Shown here one piece after another: positions 56,925 to 64,000 of a DNA stretch of 64,000 nt (its first letter is position 1; each line of letters starts with the position of its first letter). The DNA is from Clostridia bacterium (GTDB lineage Bacteria > Bacillota > Clostridia > UMGS1883): positions 15,951 through 79,950 of the forward strand of contig JAZNYX010000062.1 of NCBI GenBank assembly GCA_045594665.1, written 5' to 3'. The notes below the pieces were generated by a model, which saw nothing but the letters and a program-made list of their open reading frames with translations, ran no database searches and was not told the DNA's origin. The position numbers and the translations under genes were made by a program.

Positions 56925-58220
56925 ATGTTACACACAAATTTAGATATTAACGAAAAGGGGCATCTTACCTTTGCAGGGGTGGACACGGTAGAGCTTGCGA
57001 AGGAGTATAAAACCCCTCTGTATGTGCTTGATGAACAGCGTGTTCGGGAAAAGTGCAGAATATATATTGATGCTATGAAAAAATATTTCGGCGAGGAAAG
57101 TATTCCTCTCTATGCAAGTAAGGCACTCAGCTTTAAAGAAATATACAAAATTGTAAATGATGAGGGAATGAGTATTGACGTTGTTTCGGGCGGAGAGCTT
57201 TATACTGCAAAGGAAGCGGGCTTCCCCATGGAAAAGGTATACTTCCACGGAAACAACAAGACCGATGAGGAAATTGCTTTTGCAATGGACTGCGGTCTCG
57301 GATGCTTTATGACGGATTGCCGTGAGGAGCTTCAGGCAATAAGCCGCATTGCAGGGGAAAAGGGAATTACCCAAAAAATAATTATGCGTCTTACCCCCGG
57401 AATTGATACCCACACCTATGAGGCAGTACGCACCGGTCAGGTGGATTCAAAATTCGGCGTTCCCATTGAAACAGGGCAGGCGATTGAACTGGTAGAATTC
57501 GCCCTTTTGCTTCCCAATATTGAGCTTATGGGATTCCACTGCCACGTAGGAAGCCAGGTGTTTGACGGGCAATCCTTCTGTGACAGTGCAGATATTATGA
57601 TAGATTTCATCGTGCTTGTAAAGGAAAAGCTCGGTTACGAGGCAAAGGTTCTGAATTTAGGCGGCGGTTACGGTGTACGCTATGTTGAGGAGGACCCTGT
57701 TTTAGACATAGGCGAGAGTATAAAGGAAGTAAGCGAGCATATTAAAAAGAAGTGTGCCGAGGCAAAAATCGCTATGCCCAAAATTATGATGGAGCCGGGA
57801 AGAAGCATCGTTGCCGATGCGGGAATTACCCTCTATAGCGTGGGAAACGTGAGGACAATTAAAGGTTATAAGAGCTATGTTGCCGTAGACGGCGGTATGT
57901 CGGATAACCCCAGATTTGCCCTTTATGGAAGTCTTTACAGTGTGCTTGTGGCAAATAAGGCAAACGAAAAAGCAGACTTTAAGTGTGACGTGGTAGGAAA
58001 ATGCTGTGAAAGCGGAGACGTTATTGCAGAGCATATTAATCTGCCCCATTGCGAAAAAGGCGATTATATAGCCGTATTGACAACGGGGGCATATAATTAC
58101 TCCATGGCATCAAATTACAACAGAATCCCCCCTCCCCCCATTGTTATTTTAAAGGACGGAAAGAGCCGTATCGGCGTTAAGAGGGAAACCTATGCAGACC
58201 TTGTAAAAAATGATATTTAA
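56925..58220 (+). CDS. lysA: diaminopimelate decarboxylase
   Basis: PLP-dependent Orn/DAP/Arg decarboxylase pattern (YASKA, GGGYG, CESGD). ATG at 56925. Confidence 0.95.
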   Translation: MLHTNLDINEKGHLTFAGVDTVELAKEYKTPLYVLDEQRVREKCRIYIDAMKKYFGEESIPLYASKALSFKEIYKIVNDEGMSIDVVSGGELYTAKEAGFPMEKVYFHGNNKTDEEIAFAMDCGLGCFMTDCREELQAISRIAGEKGITQKIIMRLTPGIDTHTYEAVRTGQVDSKFGVPIETGQAIELVEFALLLPNIELMGFHCHVGSQVFDGQSFCDSADIMIDFIVLVKEKLGYEAKVLNLGGGYGVRYVEEDPVLDIGESIKEVSEHIKKKCAEAKIAMPKIMMEPGRSIVADAGITLYSVGNVRTIKGYKSYVAVDGGMSDNPRFALYGSLYSVLVANKANEKADFKCDVVGKCCESGDVIAEHINLPHCEKGDYIAVLTTGAYNYSMASNYNRIPPPPIVILKDGKSRIGVKRETYADLVKNDI

Positions 58221-58232
58221 GGAGAATAAGCC

Positions 58233-58925
58233 ATGGTAATTAAGATTGCCGGGATTGTTATCGATGTAAAAAATAAATATAACTATTTTAACGAATTCGC
58301 CAAAGAATTCGAATATGACGGCAAGGCGGATTTTACCGTGGAAGTTCCCGAGGAGGTTATGGCAAAAGTCGTGCAGGAAAATCCCGATTTTCCCGACGGT
58401 TACTTAGAGAGTCTGGAAATATACAGAATTATTTGCCGAAAAATCCTTGATTACGACGCAATGCTGATGCATTGTGCCGCCGTAGCCGTAGACGGGGAGG
58501 CATATCTCTTCACGGCATTAAGCGGCACGGGGAAAACAACCCATATTAATCTTTGGCGTGAAAAATTCGGCGACAGATTTGTTGTAGTAAACGGAGATAA
58601 ACCCATTTTGAGGCAGCGCGGTGACAAATTCTTTGTCTGCGGAACTCCGTGGAGAGGAAAGGAAAATTACGGGCATAATATTGTTGCCCCAATTAAGGCT
58701 ATTTGCATACTGCAAAGGGGCGAAAAAAACGAAATAAGGAAAATCCCTCCCCATGAGGCTATTTCAACCGTTTTGACACAGACCCTGCGTACAGATGACA
58801 TGAATGAAATGGAAAAGGTGCTTTCCCTTACGGACAAGCTTTTAGGCAAAGTCCCGTTTTACGTGCTTTCCTGCAATATGGAAAAGGAAGCGGCCGATGT
58901 GTCTTATAACGGAATGCAATATTAG
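58233..58925 (+). CDS. HPr-kinase-like P-loop protein (HprK C-terminal domain-like), function unknown
   Basis: LMHCAAVAVDGEAYLFTALSGTGKTTH resembles the HprK-related kinase core (H-x-A/S...G-x-SG-x-GKT/S). Confidence 0.5.
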   Translation: MVIKIAGIVIDVKNKYNYFNEFAKEFEYDGKADFTVEVPEEVMAKVVQENPDFPDGYLESLEIYRIICRKILDYDAMLMHCAAVAVDGEAYLFTALSGTGKTTHINLWREKFGDRFVVVNGDKPILRQRGDKFFVCGTPWRGKENYGHNIVAPIKAICILQRGEKNEIRKIPPHEAISTVLTQTLRTDDMNEMEKVLSLTDKLLGKVPFYVLSCNMEKEAADVSYNGMQY

Positions 58926-58933
58926 GTGATTTT

Positions 58934-59155
58934 ATGAAATTATTCAACAAAAGAAAATTTAAAGAGTCCGATTGTTGCCGCTACTGCAAGCACCTTGCCG
59001 TAAACGGTGAGGATTATTCGTGCAAATACGCAAAAGGCGAATTTAAGCTTGGCGGAATATGCAAAAAATATATTTTTAACCCTTTCGCCCCCCGTACTCC
59101 CAGAGTTCGCACGCTGGATACGACTATGTTTGACCCCCTTGATTTTAAAATTTAA
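58934..59155 (+). CDS. small Cys-rich basic protein (73 aa)
   Basis: ORF 8 nt after the previous stop. Cys pattern CC-x2-C ... C ... C. No family recognised. Confidence 0.4.
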   Translation: MKLFNKRKFKESDCCRYCKHLAVNGEDYSCKYAKGEFKLGGICKKYIFNPFAPRTPRVRTLDTTMFDPLDFKI

Positions 59156-59165
59156 GGAGAAAAAT

Positions 59166-59627
59166 ATGAAACCCGATAAAATTGAAAGCTTTAAAATAGA
59201 CCATAACAAACTTAATCCCGGAATTTACGTATCACGTACCGACGGGGATATTACCACATACGACCTTCGCACGCGAAAGCCCAACATGGGAAATTATATG
59301 GATAATGCCACCATGCACAGCACAGAGCATATGATAGCTACCTATATCAGAAGCTCCTCCTTGGCAAAGGATATTATATATTTTGGCCCCATGGGATGCC
59401 AGACGGGGTTTTATCTTCTTGTCAGGAATGCGGACAACGAAGAAGTTCTTTCAGTTTTGAAAGAAACCCTCAAGAAAGTAATTGACCACGAGGGAGAGGT
59501 TTTCGGTGCCAGTGCTATTGAGTGCGGAAATTACAAAAATTTGGATATAACTCTTGCAAAAGAGGAATGCAGAAAATATCTTGAGGTGTTAAACGGGTAT
59601 ACCCCCGATTTTAAGTATGAGGAGTAA
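59166..59627 (+). CDS. luxS: S-ribosylhomocysteine lyase
   Basis: HSTEHM metal motif and GPMGCQTGFY. ATG at 59166. Confidence 0.95.
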   Translation: MKPDKIESFKIDHNKLNPGIYVSRTDGDITTYDLRTRKPNMGNYMDNATMHSTEHMIATYIRSSSLAKDIIYFGPMGCQTGFYLLVRNADNEEVLSVLKETLKKVIDHEGEVFGASAIECGNYKNLDITLAKEECRKYLEVLNGYTPDFKYEE

Positions 59628-59632
59628 CAACA

Positions 59633-60310
59633 ATGATTGGTATTATCGGAGCAATGGATATTGAAATTGAGCGCATTAACGCTCAAATGACAGATAAAAA
59701 AGAGGAAACCGTCAGCGGTGCATTATATACCATAGGAAAAATCGGTAGCACCGAGGTTGTAACAGCAATTTGCGGAATCGGGAAGGTTTTTGCCGCCATT
59801 TGCGCCCAGACCATGATTATAAAATACGGTGCCGATGCAATTATAAATACAGGCGTTGCAGGAACACTCACCGATAAAGTGGGGATTATGGGAATTGTGG
59901 TTGCAAGCGGCCTTGTTCAGCACGATATGGATACTACATATTTCGGGGATCCCAAGGGTATGATTTCGGGAATAAACGTTGTGGAATTCAAAGCAGATGA
60001 AGAGCTTTCACAAAAGGTCTGCAAAAATATCAAGGGCGATTATATCCGCGGAACAATTGCCTCCGGCGATGCGTTTATTGCCGACGAAGATAAGAAAAAA
60101 GAAATTGCACAAACCTTTAACGCTGTTGCCTGCGAAATGGAGGGCGGTGCAATTGCGCATGTCTGCCATGTAAACAACACCCCCGTGTGTGTGGTAAGAA
60201 GCATTTCCGACGGGGCAAACGGAGATAAGGAAATGAGCTATGAGGAGTTCCGCGAAGAAGCAGCGGCAAAATCAGCACAGATAATAATTGATACAATTAA
60301 AAATATATAA
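59633..60310 (+). CDS. mtnN: 5-prime-methylthioadenosine/S-adenosylhomocysteine nucleosidase
   Basis: MIGIIGAM.IE N-terminus, CEMEGGAIAHV and RSISD motifs. Confidence 0.95.
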   Translation: MIGIIGAMDIEIERINAQMTDKKEETVSGALYTIGKIGSTEVVTAICGIGKVFAAICAQTMIIKYGADAIINTGVAGTLTDKVGIMGIVVASGLVQHDMDTTYFGDPKGMISGINVVEFKADEELSQKVCKNIKGDYIRGTIASGDAFIADEDKKKEIAQTFNAVACEMEGGAIAHVCHVNNTPVCVVRSISDGANGDKEMSYEEFREEAAAKSAQIIIDTIKNI

Positions 60311-60325
60311 AAGGAAGGTAAAAAA

Positions 60326-61063
60326 ATGAAAAGTGTAGTACTGGCAGCAGGTTACGCAACAAGACTCTATCCCCTTACGGAAAATTTTCCCAAGCCTCTT
60401 TTGGAGGTGGCAGGAAAAAGTATTCTCGATTGGCTTCTTAGTGATATTGACTCAATCGAAGGAATTGATGAGCACATCATTATTTCCAATCACAAGTATT
60501 ACGAGCATTTCGAAAATTGGAAAAAGACGTGCAAGCTTAAAAACCCTGTTACAATCATTGATGACGGCTCAATTTCCAATGAAACAAGACTTGGTGCAGT
60601 AAAGGATATTCAGTTTGCAATTGATACCCTCGGCCTTGATGACGACCTTTTAATCGTTGCAGGGGACAATATGCTTGACTTTTCCTTTAAGTCGTTTGTA
60701 GATTTGTTCCACGAAAAAAATGCAGCAGTGGTTATGTGCAACTATGAGGAGGATGTAAACACTCTTCGCAGATGCGGAGTAATGGTTCCCGACAGTGATT
60801 TCAGGGTTGTTTCCATGGAAGAAAAGCCACAGGATCCCAAGAGCAACTGGTGTGTAGGACCTTTTTACATCTACAAGAAAGATGAGCTTCATCTTATAAA
60901 GCAGGGTATTGAGGACGGCTGCGGAACGGATGCTCCCGGAAGCTTCGTATGCTACCTGTGCGAAAAAACTGATGTATATGCCCTTAAGATACCCGGCAAG
61001 CGTTACGATATAGGAACGCTGGAAAGTTATGAAGAAGTAAAAAAAGTTTTCGAAAACAGATGA
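60326..61063 (+). CDS. sugar-phosphate nucleotidyltransferase (NTP_transferase family)
   Basis: VVLAAGYATRLYPLTENFPKPLL N-terminal signature. Confidence 0.8.
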   Translation: MKSVVLAAGYATRLYPLTENFPKPLLEVAGKSILDWLLSDIDSIEGIDEHIIISNHKYYEHFENWKKTCKLKNPVTIIDDGSISNETRLGAVKDIQFAIDTLGLDDDLLIVAGDNMLDFSFKSFVDLFHEKNAAVVMCNYEEDVNTLRRCGVMVPDSDFRVVSMEEKPQDPKSNWCVGPFYIYKKDELHLIKQGIEDGCGTDAPGSFVCYLCEKTDVYALKIPGKRYDIGTLESYEEVKKVFENR

Positions 61064-61151
61064 GGGCTATGATAAAATGCACAGACCGCAAAAAGGCAAC
61101 TGAAATATAAAATATATACAGTGCAAAAATATAGAATAATATATTATTGTT

Positions 61152-61186
61152 GAACAATCGTATAACTACGATTGTTCTTCTTTTTT
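61152..61186 (+). terminator. intrinsic terminator after the nucleotidyltransferase
   Basis: GAACAATCGTA-TAAC-TACGATTGTTC followed by TTCTTTTTT. Confidence 0.75.
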
Positions 61187-61295
61187 ATGCCTTTTTGCTA
61201 CGAACAAACTTCACCTCTCGACGTACCCACGTCCGCCTTCGGGCAAGCCCCTTCGGGGTTCAGTTTGTCCGTTCTGCACTATTTTCTCTTCGCCC
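61186..61295 (-). repeat. structured dispersed repeat, copy B (inverted relative to copy A)
   Basis: The reverse complement aligns to 42557-42662. The core at 61237-61279 differs by 1 nt. The variable hairpin GACGT-ACCC-ACGTC (61220-61233) replaces CTGTAT-GTGT-ATACAG. Confidence 0.8.
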
Positions 61296-61296
61296 T

Positions 61297-61332
61297 AAAA
61301 CAACAAAACGGCTGTGACAAAAGGCACAGCCG
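61297..61332 (-). terminator. intrinsic terminator after murF
   Basis: Minus strand: CGGCTGTG-N8-CACAGCCG followed by TTTTGTTGTTTT. Confidence 0.65.
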
Positions 61333-61367
61333 TAAAAAAGAGCCATATAAACAGCTTTTTCAAGTAT

Positions 61368-62729
61368 TCATCTGTTTAATGCTTCCACAATTTTCGGAAA
61401 ATCCATGAAGTGCGATGCCTTTATTAAAATTGCATCGCCTTCTTTAAGTATGTTTTCCGCTTCAAGAAGAAATTCCTCCTTTGTGGCAAACCACATTGCA
61501 TTTCCTCCCTGAGAAATGCATCCTGCGTATATTTCCTTTGAAAGCTCGCCTATTGCAACAAGAAGCCCCACTTTGCTTTTTGCAGCGTATTCGCCCACGC
61601 TTTTGTGAAGGTATCTTTCCTCTGTTCCAAGTTCACCCATATCACCGAAAATTGCCACGCTTCTCGGGTATCCGTCACTCTTTACAAGAAGGTCAATGCC
61701 GCTCATCATAGACTGGGGCGCCGCATTATAGCAGTCATCAATTAACGTATACTTCTTTGCACGGATTACATTTACTCTGCCGCTGATTGATTTTGCCTTT
61801 TCAATGCCCGCTTCTATCTGACTGTGAGTAAGTCCGAGCCAGCTTCCTGCTGCCATTGCCGCCATTGCCGCAAAGAGGACGTGCCTGCCGGGTACATTTA
61901 TATGGCAATTATATTTTTCCCCGAAAACCCATGCTTCAAAATCCGTTCCGTCAAAGCCGTGTTCATAAAGCGACTCTATATAAATATCATTATTGGAATT
62001 AAATCCGTAGTCACAGCGGTTGGGTCTGTCTAAGGTTTTAAGCAAATCGTCGTCGCCGTTTAATATGCACCTTGATGTTGCACTCATATATTCAAAAATT
62101 TCGCTTTTTGCTTTCAAAATATTCTCTCTCGAACCAAGGTTTTCTATGTGCGATATGCCGATGTTTGTCATTATACACATTGTGGGTCGTGCAATTGATG
62201 AGAGCACACGCATTTCATCAAAATGATTCATTCCCATTTCCACAACGGCAACCTGTGTGTCGGGCTTGATTGACATAATTGTAAGGGGAAGCCCCAATCC
62301 ATTATTGAAATTACCTTCTGTTTTGATAACCTTGTACTTCTCTTCAAGCACAGAGGCAACAATTTCCTTGGTGGTGGTTTTTCCCACGCTTCCCGTGATG
62401 CCTATAACCGTGATATTAAGCTTTTTGCGATACGCCGCGGCAATATCCTGAAGTGCCTTAACAGGGTCATTCACTATAACGCAGGGATAGCCCTCATAAG
62501 GTCTGTCGGAAACGATACATAATGCACCGTTTTCCACTGCGGAGGGAATATAGTTATAGCCGTCTGTTTTTTCACCCTTTATTGCAACAAAGAGGCTTCC
62601 GGGCACACTTTTGCGGCTGTCGATTACGGTAGTGGTAATCTTTTCATCAAGAAGTGAGCAGTCCCCCGTAAAGCTTCCGTTTGCCGCCTGCATTATTTCA
62701 CGTATGGTAAAATCAATTTTTGAGGTCAT
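61368..62729 (-). CDS. murF: UDP-N-acetylmuramoyl-tripeptide--D-alanyl-D-alanine ligase
   Basis: ITGSVGKTTTKE P-loop and Mur ligase middle and C-terminal domains. Confidence 0.95.
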   Translation of the reverse strand: MTSKIDFTIREIMQAANGSFTGDCSLLDEKITTTVIDSRKSVPGSLFVAIKGEKTDGYNYIPSAVENGALCIVSDRPYEGYPCVIVNDPVKALQDIAAAYRKKLNITVIGITGSVGKTTTKEIVASVLEEKYKVIKTEGNFNNGLGLPLTIMSIKPDTQVAVVEMGMNHFDEMRVLSSIARPTMCIMTNIGISHIENLGSRENILKAKSEIFEYMSATSRCILNGDDDLLKTLDRPNRCDYGFNSNNDIYIESLYEHGFDGTDFEAWVFGEKYNCHINVPGRHVLFAAMAAMAAGSWLGLTHSQIEAGIEKAKSISGRVNVIRAKKYTLIDDCYNAAPQSMMSGIDLLVKSDGYPRSVAIFGDMGELGTEERYLHKSVGEYAAKSKVGLLVAIGELSKEIYAGCISQGGNAMWFATKEEFLLEAENILKEGDAILIKASHFMDFPKIVEALNR

Positions 62730-62752
62730 AAATTCACACCCTTTTATCCGTG

Positions 62753-63781
62753 TTATTTAAGTCCAAGCTTGATAATTTTTTCACATAGCTCGTTATAGCC
62801 TATTCCCACTGCCGCTGCTTCTTGAGGAAGAAGGCTTGTAGGAGTCATACCGGGAAGGGAATTTGCCTCCAGGCAATAAATATCATCGTTTTCATCCAAA
62901 AGAAAATCCATTCTGGCATATCCCGAAAGTCCCAGTGCCTTAAATGCCATAAGTGCGGCACTTTGCATTTTGTCTGACTGCTCCGAGGTAATTTCTGCAG
63001 GGCATATTTCGAGGGTCAAATCAGCCTGATACTTATTTTTATAATCGTAAAAGCCTTCCTTGGGAATAATCTCGATAGCAGGAAGCGCTGTCTCTCCCAG
63101 AACACCTACGGAAAATTCCCTGCCCTTTACAAATTCCTCTATAAGAATTTCATCCTCGAACTTAAAGGCGTCTTCAAGGGCTTTGTTAAAAGCTTCCTCG
63201 TTATCTGCAATATAAACACCGATACTGCTTCCTCCGCAACAAGGCTTTACCACAACTTTTTTTCCGCCAAACTCCTTAAAATCTGCCTTTTCACCCTTTT
63301 TAACCATTTTTCCGTTTGGGGTGGGTATGCCAAAGGATTTGAAAATCTGCTTGGTAAGATTTTTATGCATGCTTACTGCACAGCCTAAATATCCGCTTCC
63401 CGTGTATTTAATACCCAAAAGGTCAAATGCCGCCTGAAGCCGTCCGTTTTCGCCGTTTTCACCATGCAATGCCATAAATACTATATCGGCATAGGAACAA
63501 AGCTCAAGGATATTTTCCCCGAAAAAGACCTCGGAATTTCCTCTTGCTTTTTTTATTGCTTCTATATCGGGAACAACCTCACTTACGCCTTCTATCTTTG
63601 CAGGCTTGGTGGCATTTTTAAATTCTTCCTCCACACCGCAATTCAGCTTATATCCCATAAAAACATCCGCTAAAATAACATGATGTCCGTTTGCTATAAG
63701 GGCGTTCTGCACCTTTGCCCCTGTTGTAAGAGACACATTTCTTTCGGTGCTAAGACCGCCTGATAATACAACTATATTCAT
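62753..63781 (-). CDS. ddl: D-alanine--D-alanine ligase
   Basis: ATP-grasp pattern: MNIVVLSGGLSTERNVSL, HGENGENG, EANSLPGMT. ATG at 63781 with AGAGGGG upstream. Confidence 0.95.
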   Translation of the reverse strand: MNIVVLSGGLSTERNVSLTTGAKVQNALIANGHHVILADVFMGYKLNCGVEEEFKNATKPAKIEGVSEVVPDIEAIKKARGNSEVFFGENILELCSYADIVFMALHGENGENGRLQAAFDLLGIKYTGSGYLGCAVSMHKNLTKQIFKSFGIPTPNGKMVKKGEKADFKEFGGKKVVVKPCCGGSSIGVYIADNEEAFNKALEDAFKFEDEILIEEFVKGREFSVGVLGETALPAIEIIPKEGFYDYKNKYQADLTLEICPAEITSEQSDKMQSAALMAFKALGLSGYARMDFLLDENDDIYCLEANSLPGMTPTSLLPQEAAAVGIGYNELCEKIIKLGLK

Positions 63782-63822
63782 AAAGACCCCTCTTTGCATA
63801 AGGGAGCAAATCCCTGTACGCC

Positions 63823-64000
63823 TTACTTATTATTTAAAATAAATATTGCACGCTCTTTCACGCCTAAAATTTCATTTGCAACGCTTAGAATATCCTCTGC
63901 TGTAACAGAGAGTACCGCCTTTAAAATTTCTTCATCTGTCCTTACTCTGCCTGTAAGAAGAAGTGATTTTCCGTTTTCTGCCATATGGCTCCCGGCACTT
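63823..64000 (-). CDS. 3-prime end of a CDS running off the window; C-terminus resembles an M16 (pitrilysin) family peptidase
   Basis: Translates to ..LLLTGRVRTDEEILKAVLSVTAEDILSVANEILGVKERAIFILNNK*. Only 58 aa are visible. Confidence 0.4.
   Translation of the reverse strand, partial: SAGSHMAENGKSLLLTGRVRTDEEILKAVLSVTAEDILSVANEILGVKERAIFILNNK

Overview
The window comes from a spore-forming Firmicute of Clostridia type, an inference from the complete spoIIIAA-AH operon, a SleB-like cortex hydrolase, Stp/PrkC and an SLH wall protein. All calls were made by eye from the sequence and the supplied ORF translations; no searches or structure predictions were run. Positions ~11.4-64 kb are conserved housekeeping synteny. 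In order: a MacAB-like efflux operon plus SLH protein; yicC-remA-gmk-rpoZ-priA-def-fmt-Zn peptidase-rsmB-rlmN-stp-prkC-rsgA-rpe-5-FTHF cycloligase; asp23 and spoIIIA; DUF554, malQ and an amino-acid ABC transporter; yerC, sleB, valS, proS, a dCMP deaminase and cysK; tRNA-Thr and tRNA-Tyr; potABCD; lysA; luxS-mtnN; murF-ddl. The left ~11.3 kb is visibly AT-richer and mosaic, and looks like accessory DNA. It holds an orphan three-gene cassette around a deviant P-loop NTPase, a HEPN-MNT toxin-antitoxin pair, and a decayed amidoligase / class-II glutamine amidotransferase module whose GATase carries one in-frame TAG. It also holds a DeoR regulator beside a 5-prime-truncated FAD oxidoreductase, a Rep-like gene with iteron-like repeats, an AAA_14/DUF4143 ATPase-nuclease, and duplicated tRNA-3-prime-end plus terminator modules. 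The most unusual non-coding signals are three. (a) Two paralogous four-helix-bundle (23S rRNA IVS protein family) mini-cassettes sit against intrinsic terminators, each preceded by an array of a constant 8-9 nt motif (three forward, then three or four inverted) interleaved with variable mini-hairpins; one cassette is bounded by ~25-bp direct repeats made from a terminator arm. (b) A ~110-nt structured repeat is present twice in opposite orientation, with a compensatory variable hairpin. (c) A ~790-bp potA/lysA intergenic region is packed with nested inverted repeats. No CRISPR array, integrase, transposase or reverse transcriptase was seen.
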